Below, piece after piece: positions 1 through 8,886 of a DNA stretch of 64,000 bases. The DNA is taken from positions 48,150 to 112,149 of the forward strand of contig CAVGZD010000001.1 in assembly GCA_963633805.1 (NCBI GenBank), written 5' to 3'. The DNA is from Lachnospiraceae bacterium. Its GTDB lineage: Bacteria > Bacillota > Clostridia > Lachnospirales > Anaerotignaceae. The notes under the pieces were generated by a model. It saw only the letters and a program-made list of their open reading frames with translations, did no database searches and was not told the DNA's origin. Each line of letters opens with the position of its first letter. Positions within the stretch are counted from its first letter, which is position 1. Made by a program: the position numbers and the translations under genes.

Positions 1-384
1 ATCCTCTATACCAAGGAGGAATTTGAGGGGATTTTGTTCACCAACCTGGTGGATACGGATATGATTTATGGTCACCGCAACGACGTAGAGGGCTATGCGG
101 GCGCACTGGAATATTTTGATGGCAAGCTGCCTGAGATCATCGCACAGATGAAGGAGGAGGACATTCTTTTCATCACTGCCGATCATGGCTGCGACCCCAC
201 AACGCCCAGCACGGATCATTCCCGCGAGTATGTGCCCCTGCTGGTTTACGGCAAGCATGTGAAGGCGGGCGTGGATTTGGGCGTGCGCAAGACCTTTGCC
301 GATCTGGCGCAGACAATCTCGGATTATCTGGGTCTGGACGGCAAATTTGAAACGGAGAGCTTTTTGCAGGATATTCTGGAATAA
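1..384 (+). CDS. deoB: Phosphopentomutase, C-terminal part (5' end outside window)
   Basis: Frame open from base 1; motifs [24 protein letters not shown] and [10 protein letters not shown] are typical of DeoB. Confidence 0.93.
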   Translation: MLYTKEEFEGILFTNLVDTDMIYGHRNDVEGYAGALEYFDGKLPEIIAQMKEEDILFITADHGCDPTTPSTDHSREYVPLLVYGKHVKAGVDLGVRKTFADLAQTISDYLGLDGKFETESFLQDILE

Positions 385-429
385 AAACAGGCTTTTCAGC
401 CAAACTATTCTCAGAAGGAGTGGTGCGGC

Positions 430-612
430 GTGAAAATTTATAAATGCAATACCTGCGATTATCTCTATGATGAGGCGAAGGGCGAGCCGCAAAACGGCAT
501 CCCGGAGATGACTGAATGGGAGGATCTGCCCGCGGATTATCATTGCCCGGTTTGCGGGGTCAATAAGGAGGCCTTCGCGCTCTATAAGGAAACAACAACG
601 ATCAAGGCGTAA
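430..612 (+). CDS. Rubredoxin
   Basis: CxxC (CNTC)...YD..KG.P..GI...W.DLP..Y.CPVCG; GTG start after AAGGAG RBS. Confidence 0.93.
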   Translation: MKIYKCNTCDYLYDEAKGEPQNGIPEMTEWEDLPADYHCPVCGVNKEAFALYKETTTIKA

Positions 613-615
613 ACA

Positions 616-663
616 AAAGGGTCTGCCCGATGCATGCAGCTTGCATAGGGCAGGCTTTTTTTT
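616..663 (+). terminator. Rho-independent terminator after rubredoxin
   Basis: Stem GTCTGCCC-ATGCA / TGCAT-GGGCAGGC followed by a T8 run. Confidence 0.85.
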
Positions 664-920
664 GTGCGAAAATCACTCGTCGGACCCTTTCTGATAAATC
701 ATTTCCGTGATCCATTTTGCGCCTCCCTTATCCAGCAACCGCTCTGCGCTGCGATGTCTCTCTCGTTTTGGGAAATGCTTCGTAAGGCATTGAATCAAAC
801 GATTTTTGTAAAGGTATTTTGTACATCATTCAGTCGAATTGAAAAAAATTTAAAAAATTTGTGGGAGTTGAGGCAGATTTGTGTAGGTCAAAGGAGTTTT
901 ACAGAAAAATAGCTCAAAAT

Positions 921-1028
921 CGAGTTAATTCAGACTCATTGAGTCGAATGTGAATCAATTCGGTAAATTCAGCTAAATTTGAATCAATTCTATCAATATT
1001 CCATTTCGAACGAGTTTATTTTGACTCA
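921..1028 (+). promoter_or_regulatory. Four palindromic upstream activator sites (consensus TGAGTY-N6-GAMTCA) for a sigma54 enhancer-binding protein
   Basis: CGAGTT-N6-GACTCA 921-938, TGAGTC-N6-GAATCA 940-957, TCAGCT-N6-GAATCA 969-986 (degenerate), CGAGTT-N6-GACTCA 1011-1028; all upstream of the -24/-12 element. Confidence 0.7.
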
Positions 1029-1080
1029 ATCAGCTTACGAAAAAATCCCAAAATAGTCGTTTTTCTGCATTTTTTCCATT

Positions 1081-1096
1081 TGGCACGCTTCTTGCT
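1081..1096 (+). promoter_or_regulatory. Sigma54 (SigL/RpoN) -24/-12 promoter
   Basis: TGGCACG-CTTC-TTGCT matches the TGGCACG-N4-TTGCW consensus; bEBP gene nearby. Confidence 0.92.
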
Positions 1097-1149
1097 CTAT
1101 TGATAGACAGAAAACAAAAAGTGATGCAAATTGGAAAGGAGCATGATTT

Positions 1150-2346
1150 ATGAAACCGTTAACAGGAGTGAAGGTAGTCGATTTTACACAGGCGCATGCG
1201 GGCAGTCTGTGCACGATGCTGCTGGCAGACTTCGGCGCGGAGGTCATCAAAATTGAAAGACCCGGCGTGGGCGACCTTGCGAGATATTGGTCTCCCTTTA
1301 AGAATGGTTCCAGCGGCTACTATGCCTATCTGAACAGAGGGAAAAAGAGCATCGGCGTCAACGGTGGCACGGAGGAGGGCAGAAAAATTCTGCTGGATTT
1401 GATCAAGGATGCGGATGTGGTCACGGAAAACTTCAAATACGGCAGCATGGAGCGCATGGGCTTGAGCTATGAAAAAATCAAGGAGGTTAATCCCGAAATC
1501 ATCTATGCGTCCCTGAACGGCTACGGGCAGACAGGTCCGATGAAGCAGACCATCGGTCTGGATCTGCAGCTGCAGGCGGGCAGCGGGCTGATGGATCGTA
1601 CCGGCTTCCCGGACGGCGCACCCACGAAGGCAGGTCCGGCAATGGGCGACCAGCTGAGCGGCACCTACATGGCGACCGCCATCATACTGGCTCTGATCGC
1701 AAAAAAGAAAACGGGCAAGGGGCAGAAGATCGACATTGCGATTCTGGATTGCCTGTTTTCCATTCTGGAGGCAGCGCCGATTACATACTGTATGACGGGT
1801 AGCGTGCCTGAGAGAGTCGGCAACGCATACCCCTCCATTTCCCCTTACGATACCTTCAAGGCGAAGGACGGCTATGTTGCCATCGGTATTTCCACGGACA
1901 ATCAGTGGAAGAAATTCTGCGATGCGCTGGGCATGGACGATCTGAAGGCGGACGAGAGATATATGACGAATGAATCCCGCGGGGAGCATTATGAAAGCGG
2001 GCTGAAGCAGGCGATTGAAAAGGTGACCGGCACGATGTCCAAGTTTGAGATCGAAGAAAAGCTGCGGGCTGCCCGTCTGGCATGCGGCGCGGTCTACACC
2101 GTATCCGAAGCGATGGAAACGGAGCAGATCAAGGTCAGAAATATGCTGACAAAGGTTTACGATGAGGGCATCGGCGAGGAAATTCGCATTCCCGGCACGG
2201 TTATCAAAATGAGCGAGACGCCCGGCGGCTTCACCGAGGGCGCACCCAATCTGGGCAAGCACACCCGCTATTATCTGGAAAAGCTAGGCTATACAGAGGA
2301 CGAAATCAAGGCTCTGGCAGAGAAGAAAATCATCGAGATGGCATAA
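1150..2346 (+). CDS. Class III CoA-transferase (CaiB/BaiF family), first paralog
   Basis: PL.GVKVVDFT...AG..C...LADFGAEVIKIERPG.GD, LNRGKKS, ADVVTENF, probable catalytic Asp in AMGDQLSG. Confidence 0.95.
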   Translation: MKPLTGVKVVDFTQAHAGSLCTMLLADFGAEVIKIERPGVGDLARYWSPFKNGSSGYYAYLNRGKKSIGVNGGTEEGRKILLDLIKDADVVTENFKYGSMERMGLSYEKIKEVNPEIIYASLNGYGQTGPMKQTIGLDLQLQAGSGLMDRTGFPDGAPTKAGPAMGDQLSGTYMATAIILALIAKKKTGKGQKIDIAILDCLFSILEAAPITYCMTGSVPERVGNAYPSISPYDTFKAKDGYVAIGISTDNQWKKFCDALGMDDLKADERYMTNESRGEHYESGLKQAIEKVTGTMSKFEIEEKLRAARLACGAVYTVSEAMETEQIKVRNMLTKVYDEGIGEEIRIPGTVIKMSETPGGFTEGAPNLGKHTRYYLEKLGYTEDEIKALAEKKIIEMA

Positions 2347-2361
2347 GAAAGGAGATTTGAC

Positions 2362-3552
2362 ATGAAGGTTCTAGAAGGCGTTACGGTAATCGACTTTACA
2401 CAGGCATACAGCGGCCCTTTCTGTACCATGCAGCTGGCGGACTTCGGCGCAAGGGTCATCAAAATTGAAAGACGGGGCGTGGGCGATCAGTCCAGAGAAT
2501 GGACGCCCATCAATGAAAAGGGCCAAAGCGGCTATTATGCGGCAATCAACAGAGGGAAGGAAAGCGTTTCCCTTGACATCAATACACCGGAGGGCGCGGA
2601 GATCATCAAAAAAATGGTGAAGGATGCAGATATTGTGGTGGAAAACTTCAAGGTCGGCACGCTGGATAAGATGGGGCTGGGCTACGAGGAGCTGAAAAAG
2701 GTCAATCCGGAGATCATCTATGCATCCATCTCCGGCTACGGGCAGAATGGCCCTTGGAGCAGCCTTGCGGCATATGACAACGTAATTCAGGCGATGTGCG
2801 GCATGATGGAAATGACGGGCTTCGCGGATGATGTTCCGACGAAGGTTGGCCCGGCGATCGGGGACAACTTCACAGGTCTGACGATGGCGCTGGCGATCAC
2901 GATGGCTTACTACAATAAGCTGCAGACAGGCAAGGGTCAGCATCTGGATGTTGCCATGATGGACTGCCTGTTCGGCATTATGGAAAGTCCGATTATGTAT
3001 AAGGAGCTACTGAATGAGGAAATCACGCGCTGCGGCAACACAGACCCGACGCTGTTTCCCTATGACGTTTACCCCTGCAAGGACGGATATTTCTCCGTGG
3101 GCGTTGCGGCAGGCTCCTCCGCAGAATGGGAAAGATTCTGCAAGGCGATCGGGATGCCGGAGCTGCTGCAGGAGGAAAAATACAGCACAAATGAAGGGCG
3201 CGTTGCACTTTATGATGAGCTGACCCCCAAAATCCTGCCCTTCTTTGCTGCAAAAACAAAGGCAGAGCTGACCGAGGCATTCGCAGAAAGCAAGCTGCCC
3301 TGCTCGCCCGTTAATACCATTCCCGAGCTGATGCATCATCCGCAGCTGGAGGCAAGGGGTATGCTGATCCCGCTGGAGGATGAGGGCGTTGGGCATTACA
3401 CCGCAATGGGCAACCCCATGCTGCTGAGCGAAACGCCCGCCGTGATCGAAAAGGGCGCACCCGCGATGGGCAGGGATACCGATAAGGTGCTGAAGGAATT
3501 TGGCTTCAGCGGTGAACAGATCAAGACATTTTATGCAAATGAAATTGTATAA
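2362..3552 (+). CDS. Class III CoA-transferase (CaiB/BaiF family), second paralog
   Basis: LEGVTVIDFTQAYSGPFCT..LADFGARVIKIE, INRGKES, AAYD..IQA, probable catalytic Asp in AIGDNFTG. Confidence 0.95.
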   Translation: MKVLEGVTVIDFTQAYSGPFCTMQLADFGARVIKIERRGVGDQSREWTPINEKGQSGYYAAINRGKESVSLDINTPEGAEIIKKMVKDADIVVENFKVGTLDKMGLGYEELKKVNPEIIYASISGYGQNGPWSSLAAYDNVIQAMCGMMEMTGFADDVPTKVGPAIGDNFTGLTMALAITMAYYNKLQTGKGQHLDVAMMDCLFGIMESPIMYKELLNEEITRCGNTDPTLFPYDVYPCKDGYFSVGVAAGSSAEWERFCKAIGMPELLQEEKYSTNEGRVALYDELTPKILPFFAAKTKAELTEAFAESKLPCSPVNTIPELMHHPQLEARGMLIPLEDEGVGHYTAMGNPMLLSETPAVIEKGAPAMGRDTDKVLKEFGFSGEQIKTFYANEIV

Positions 3553-3674
3553 AATCCGCATTTCCTTTACGATAGAGAAAATATGAAGAATCTATGGCAT
3601 TCGCGCGGAGGACGCAGCTTCTACGCGGATACCATATCCATAGGAAGAAATTTTTGGAAGAAGGAGGAAAACGA

Positions 3675-5270
3675 ATGGATAAGAAGCCGTTATCTGAAAA
3701 ATATGAGGTTGGCTTGATGATCGCGAGCCTGTGTATCGTTGCCGTTATGGTAATCGGGCTTACGGTTTTTCCGGAGCAGGGGGTTGCGCTTTCGCATAAA
3801 ATCATGAATCTGCTGACGCATAGCTTTGGCTCTGTGATGCAGCTGATTGCGCTGGGTATTCTGCTTTTCCTGATCGTGCTTGCCCTCTCGAAATATGGGG
3901 ACATCCGCTTGGGAAAGGAAAAGCCAGAGTATTCTAATATGTCTTGGGTGGCGATGATGTTTTTCTGCGGCAATGGCGCAGGTACGGTATATTGGGCATT
4001 TCTGGAATGGGGCTATCATTTTAATGCTGCGCCGCAGCTGAACGGAGCAGAGATCAGCGAAGCATATAATTATGAGCAGTCTTTGGCATATTGCTTCTAC
4101 GACTGGGGACCGATTGCGTGGGCGATGCTCTGCGTATTCGTTCTGCCCTTTGCCTACCATTATTACATTAAAAAGGACAAGGAGCTGCGCTTTTCTCAGC
4201 TCTGCAAATATACCGTCGGGGAGAAGGCAGTGAAGGGCGTCTTTGGCAAGGTTGTGGATTTCCTGTTTATTTTCTCTGCGATTGGCTCTGTTGCGATCAC
4301 CGCGGGTACATCCGGTTCTACCATCGCCGCTACCATCTCCGATCTGATCGGTATCCCCAATTCCTTTGGGCTGACTGTCAGCGTGCTGCTGGGCGTGACC
4401 ATCATCTATACGCTGACATCCATGTCCGGTGCGGCAAAGGGGATGAAAAAGATTTCCGATGCAAATGTGTATGCCTGCTGTGCGTTGCTGCTGTTCATTT
4501 TCATCGTTGGGCCGACAAGATTTATCTGGGATGGCATCGTAAACGCTCTGGGCATGATGGCGACGAATTTCGTGCGCATGACGACTTGGACAGACCCCGT
4601 TGCGGCGACCGGCTATCCGCAGACCTGGACGGTATTTTATCTGATTTACTGGTTCGTATTTGGTCCGTTTACGGGTCTGTTTGTCGCAAAAATCTCCAGA
4701 GGCAGAAAAATCAAGGAGATCATTGCAAATATGCTGCTCTCCGGTTCTGCAGGGCTGATTTTCTTCTTCGGCATCATGGGCGGCTATCAGATGGATCTGC
4801 GCATCAGGGGCATTCTGGATATTCCTTATATGCTGGCAAATGGCTTATCCGAAAATATCGCGCTGGCAACGATGCATACCCTGCCCTTCAGCAAAATCGC
4901 GATGTGCGTTTATCTGTTTGTGATCGTGCTGTTTTTGGCAACAACGATGGACGCCATCACCCAGACGCTTTCCACCACCATTGCGAAGCATCTGGATGAA
5001 AAGGGCGAAGCGCCTAAGCCGCTGAAATTTGCATGGTGCCTGATTCTGTGCGCATTGCCCATCGCGATTTACTTTATCGGTACGGATATCGATACCATCA
5101 AATCCATCGTGCTGCTCTCCGGCTTCCCTCTGGTTATCCTCCTGTTTATCATCTACTACGGCTTACTGCGCGAGATGAAGAAGGATTTCGGCGGAAAGAC
5201 GAAGAAAGAGATTCTGCGGGAAGGAGCGGCGTTGCCTGCGGGAGAAGAAGCGGCGGATTCCCCCTCCTGA
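3675..5270 (+). CDS. BCCT-family (betaine/carnitine/choline) transporter
   Basis: SKYGDIRLG, SWVAMMF, DWG...W, WTVFY...GPF.GLFVAKISRGR; many hydrophobic segments; start moved to ATG 3675 behind AGGAGG. Confidence 0.93.
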   Translation: MDKKPLSEKYEVGLMIASLCIVAVMVIGLTVFPEQGVALSHKIMNLLTHSFGSVMQLIALGILLFLIVLALSKYGDIRLGKEKPEYSNMSWVAMMFFCGNGAGTVYWAFLEWGYHFNAAPQLNGAEISEAYNYEQSLAYCFYDWGPIAWAMLCVFVLPFAYHYYIKKDKELRFSQLCKYTVGEKAVKGVFGKVVDFLFIFSAIGSVAITAGTSGSTIAATISDLIGIPNSFGLTVSVLLGVTIIYTLTSMSGAAKGMKKISDANVYACCALLLFIFIVGPTRFIWDGIVNALGMMATNFVRMTTWTDPVAATGYPQTWTVFYLIYWFVFGPFTGLFVAKISRGRKIKEIIANMLLSGSAGLIFFFGIMGGYQMDLRIRGILDIPYMLANGLSENIALATMHTLPFSKIAMCVYLFVIVLFLATTMDAITQTLSTTIAKHLDEKGEAPKPLKFAWCLILCALPIAIYFIGTDIDTIKSIVLLSGFPLVILLFIIYYGLLREMKKDFGGKTKKEILREGAALPAGEEAADSPS

Positions 5271-5290
5271 TGCAGATGCATTGATTTTGT

Positions 5291-5342
5291 AAAATATCCA
5301 TGTGGCGCGCTGTACTTTATGCCATGTGGATATTTTATTTTT
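5291..5342 (+). terminator. Probable terminator of the CoA-transferase/BCCT operon
   Basis: AAAATATCCATGTGGC / GCCATGTGGATATTTT imperfect inverted repeat followed by a T-rich tract. Confidence 0.6.
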
Positions 5343-5393
5343 GCCCAAAAGCGTGTATGATAAAGGAAAACGGCGGCAGAAGGAGATGGGAAA

Positions 5394-6761
5394 ATGCTGT
5401 TAAAGGATGCGCTGAATTTCGAACAATTCCTGAAAATGATGGATCAATGCTATGATGAGCTGTGTATTTGGGATAAAAACGGGAAGATTCTCTATATCAA
5501 TGACCCTTGCTATCGGCATTACGGTCTGCGCCCGGAGGGCTTTCTCGGAAAAACCCTGCAGGAATGCACGGAGAACGAAAAGCTCTGGTCGCCAAGCTGC
5601 GTATCGATGACCTTTGACGAAAAAAGACCCATGATCCAGAAGCAGAAGACCTTTCTGGGGATCGATATTGTGACGATCTCCGTGCCGATCATGGATGAGC
5701 ATGGCGAGGTGGAGTATGTGCTGCAGAGCGTGCGGGATGGGGATGATACGCTCTATAAGGTGCTGTCCTCGCAGATGCTGCAGGAGGGCAGGGAAGAGGA
5801 AAACGAAACGAAAATCATCTACAAAAGCGCGGCGATGGGCGAAACCCTGCATATGGCAGATAAAATCGCAAAATCGAAAGCCACCGTCCTGATTTTGGGT
5901 GAAACGGGAACGGGCAAAAGCCTTTTGGCAAAATATATCCATGAGCACAGCGACCGAAGGGACAAGCCCTTCCTTAGCATCAACATCGCCAGCCTCAGCC
6001 CGTCCATCATCGAATCGGAGCTGTTCGGCTACAAGAAGGGGGCGTTTACCGGCGCGGAAAAGGGCGGGAGAATCGGACTTTTTGAAGCTGCAAACGGCGG
6101 GACGCTCTTTTTGGATGAGATTGGCGAATTGCCCTACGATCTGCAGGCGAAGTTTCTGCACGTTTTGCAGGAGGAAACCGTGATGCCCGTCGGCTCGCAT
6201 ACGCCGATCAAGCTGGATATCCGCGTGCTTTGTGCGACAAACTGCGATCTGCAGAAGATGATCGAAGCGGGAAAGTTCCGCGAGGATTTATATCACCGTA
6301 TCAATATATTTGATATGCTGATGCCGCCGCTGCGCAAACGGCGGGAGGACATCGAGCCGCTGGCTGTGTATTTCCTGAATTTTTTCAATACGAAATATGA
6401 GCGGAATGTGGAAATTTCGCAGCGCGTGATGGAGTTGCTCAAGCGATACCCTTGGAAAGGGAATATCCGGGAATTGTCCAATGTCATAGAAAGAGGAGTG
6501 CTGACGGCGGAGGAACACACGATCGAGATCAGCAATCTGCCGGAGAGCTTTTTCCATGTGGAGAATGAAAAGAAGGTGGGCTGTGCCGTGCTGGAGCAAA
6601 ATCTCTCCTTTGATGAAGCAGTCGAGGAATATGAAAAAAAGGTGATCCAAGAGGCGTATGCGAAATACGGAAGCAGCCGCAGGGTCGCGGAGCAGCTGAA
6701 AATGAGCCAGTCCAAGGCGAATCGGCTGATACAGAAATATGTGACGCATCGTGAAAAATAG
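5394..6761 (+). CDS. Sigma54-dependent enhancer-binding protein (PAS - AAA+ - HTH)
   Basis: GETGTGKS, ESELFG, GAFTGA, LFLDEIGE, FREDLYHR, WKGNIREL; N-terminal PAS-like region, C-terminal TyrR-type HTH. Confidence 0.95.
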   Translation: MLLKDALNFEQFLKMMDQCYDELCIWDKNGKILYINDPCYRHYGLRPEGFLGKTLQECTENEKLWSPSCVSMTFDEKRPMIQKQKTFLGIDIVTISVPIMDEHGEVEYVLQSVRDGDDTLYKVLSSQMLQEGREEENETKIIYKSAAMGETLHMADKIAKSKATVLILGETGTGKSLLAKYIHEHSDRRDKPFLSINIASLSPSIIESELFGYKKGAFTGAEKGGRIGLFEAANGGTLFLDEIGELPYDLQAKFLHVLQEETVMPVGSHTPIKLDIRVLCATNCDLQKMIEAGKFREDLYHRINIFDMLMPPLRKRREDIEPLAVYFLNFFNTKYERNVEISQRVMELLKRYPWKGNIRELSNVIERGVLTAEEHTIEISNLPESFFHVENEKKVGCAVLEQNLSFDEAVEEYEKKVIQEAYAKYGSSRRVAEQLKMSQSKANRLIQKYVTHREK

Positions 6762-6897
6762 TGTGGCGGTCGATGTGTTTTTATCAGGAAAGTGTTGCAG
6801 ATGCAGCGCTTTCCTATTTTATTGGCTGCAAAATTCCGCCAAGAAAGCCGGACAAGGCGCGGCGCATAGAATGAGAAAAAGGAAGGAGTTGAGGTAG

Positions 6898-7110
6898 ATG
6901 GGGCTGGCGATGGAATGCAGGTCGGGCAATACGAGGATACAGATCATGGACGATTATTGCAGCGCTCCGGATCAGGCGGAGTGGGATGCGGCGATCAGAA
7001 GGAGGGTGTACGCGCGGGCATTGGCAGCAATTCGTGCTGATCCTTCGCGATACGAAGCAGTGATGGCGGAGAAGGTGGCAGACGGGGAAGATGAGGAAAC
7101 GTCGGGATAA
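6898..7110 (+). CDS. Small hypothetical protein (70 aa)
   Basis: GGAAGGAG..GAGGT RBS before ATG, free intergenic position; no recognisable domain. Confidence 0.45.
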   Translation: MGLAMECRSGNTRIQIMDDYCSAPDQAEWDAAIRRRVYARALAAIRADPSRYEAVMAEKVADGEDEETSG

Positions 7111-7116
7111 AAAGGA

Positions 7117-7193
7117 TAGGCTTCCGATTTGGGATATCCTGCGGTCTTGCGCAAGGGAGCAATGAAAAACGTTGTTTTTTAAGCGGAGCCTGC
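7117..7193 (+). repeat. Degenerate short copy of the intergenic palindromic repeat family
   Basis: Right end TGAAAAACGTTGTTTTTTAAGCGGAGCCTGC matches 24016-24048; left end TAGGCTTCCGATTT is an imperfect inverted copy. Confidence 0.55.
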
Positions 7194-7432
7194 TATGGCG
7201 ATGCAGTCGGTTTGCGCAAGCGGCACAGGATTTCGGTGCAGGACACAATGCGGAATTGTGATGAAAGGCAAGGAAAGCGGCGGTAGAAATTTGTTTTTGG
7301 TCATCGCGCGGAGCCTGTTTCATGGGGTACGGATTTTTGCTATTACGGCAAGGCTCTGCGCCGGGTACGACACAAAACCATTTTTCGCAAAATCACTTTT
7401 TGGAAATCCTCTGAAATATGTCGGAAAAATGC

Positions 7433-7461
7433 TTGACTTTTTGATTTTGTGGTGATAAAAT
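7433..7461 (+). promoter_or_regulatory. SigA promoter of the str operon
   Basis: TTGACT-17 bp-TAAAAT with an extended -10 TG. Confidence 0.75.
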
Positions 7462-7567
7462 CTTCAAGTGTCTGTTTGCAGGCTTTTCTAAGCGAGCCTG
7501 AAAGCGGAAGACGATCAAGAGATATTGCAATTTGCAGATGTATTATTTTTATAAGGAGGTGCAGTTA

Positions 7568-7990
7568 ATGCCTACGTTTAACCAGTTAGTAAGAAAAGGC
7601 AGACAGACTGTTGAGAAAAAATCCACAGCACCCGCTTTGCAGAAGGGTCTGAATTCCCTGCAGAAAAAAGCAACTGACGTGTCCTCTCCTCAGAAAAGAG
7701 GCGTATGCACGGCAGTAAAGACCTCTACGCCGAAAAAGCCTAACTCCGCGCTGAGAAAAATCGCCAGAGTTCGTCTTTCCAACGGCATCGAGGTTACAGC
7801 TTATATCCCCGGTGAGGGTCACAACCTGCAGGAGCACTCCGTTGTTCTGATCAGAGGCGGCAGAGTAAAGGACCTTCCCGGTGTGCGTTATCACATCGTA
7901 AGAGGTACTCTGGATACAGCAGGCGTTGCAAACAGAATGCAGGCTCGTTCCAAATACGGCGCAAAGCGTCCCAAAGCAGCAAAGAAGTAA
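7568..7990 (+). CDS. rpsL: 30S ribosomal protein S12
   Basis: [35 protein letters not shown] 7568 after AAGGAGGT. Confidence 0.99.
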   Translation: MPTFNQLVRKGRQTVEKKSTAPALQKGLNSLQKKATDVSSPQKRGVCTAVKTSTPKKPNSALRKIARVRLSNGIEVTAYIPGEGHNLQEHSVVLIRGGRVKDLPGVRYHIVRGTLDTAGVANRMQARSKYGAKRPKAAKK

Positions 7991-8152
7991 TCTTTGAAGC
8001 TGATTATCAAAGAAGAAATGCCTTATATGGATCAATACAATCTGCGATTGCTTAGACGAGATAGACGTTGAGAAAATAAGGCATGAAAACACGGCATTTT
8101 AGGGTCGTGAAGTACCGAGAATAGTTTTTTATTCATTAAGGAGGGAAGAATC

Positions 8153-8623
8153 GTGCCTAGAAAAGGACATGTAGCGAAAAGAGAGGTCTTGGCCGATCCT
8201 GTTTACAACAGCAAGCTGGTGACAAAGCTGATCAACAGCATCATGCTGGATGGTAAGAAGGGCGTAGCCGAAAAGATCGTTTATGGTGCGTTTGACAAGG
8301 TGGCGGAAAAGACAGGTAAGGATGCGCTGGAGGCTTTTGAGGAAGCTCTGGGCAACATCATGCCCGTTCTGGAGGTTAAGGCTCGTCGTGTGGGCGGTGC
8401 AACCTATCAGGTCCCCATGGAGATCAGACCTGAGAGAAGACAGACGCTGGGTCTGAGATGGATCACGCTGTATTCCAGAAAGCGCGGCGAGAAGACGATG
8501 GTTGACCGTCTTGCCGGCGAGATCATGGATGCGCTGAACAATGCGGGCGGCGCTTGCAAGAGAAAAGACGAAATGCACAAGATGGCAGAAGCCAACAAGG
8601 CATTCTCCCATTTCAAGTGGTAA
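8153..8623 (+). CDS. rpsG: 30S ribosomal protein S7
   Basis: [36 protein letters not shown] start. Confidence 0.99.
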   Translation: MPRKGHVAKREVLADPVYNSKLVTKLINSIMLDGKKGVAEKIVYGAFDKVAEKTGKDALEAFEEALGNIMPVLEVKARRVGGATYQVPMEIRPERRQTLGLRWITLYSRKRGEKTMVDRLAGEIMDALNNAGGACKRKDEMHKMAEANKAFSHFKW

Positions 8624-8886
8624 GGAAGCTGTGATCAATTTCGGTGCGCAGAGCAGATTTTTCAGCACTTTTTGTCAGATAAGGCGAAAAATGCAGGAAT
8701 GGTGTATACTGAGGGTCGTATTTCCGAGGCTTTTTGTGAAGTCCGGCGGAAAATCGGTCGCTGGTGTGCGTGCCGGAAATGAAGTCAAAGCTTCCTGAGA
8801 ATAACGAATGGAAAACGCGGATTTTGGAAAGGCTTCTCAGAGGTCTTTCCGAAGATCCGATGATGACGTAAAAAGGAGGATTCAGC

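Noticed and set aside
664..912. 82-aa ORF and other short intergenic ORFs (7195-7455, 12402-12695, 34622-34876)
   Set aside because: No RBS, they overlap regulatory or repeat DNA, and composition is not protein-like
781..1035. CRISPR-like or iteron array from recurring GAATCA/GACTCA words
   Set aside because: Repeats are short, palindromic and irregularly spaced, there are no cas or rep genes, and sigma54 enhancer sites explain them better
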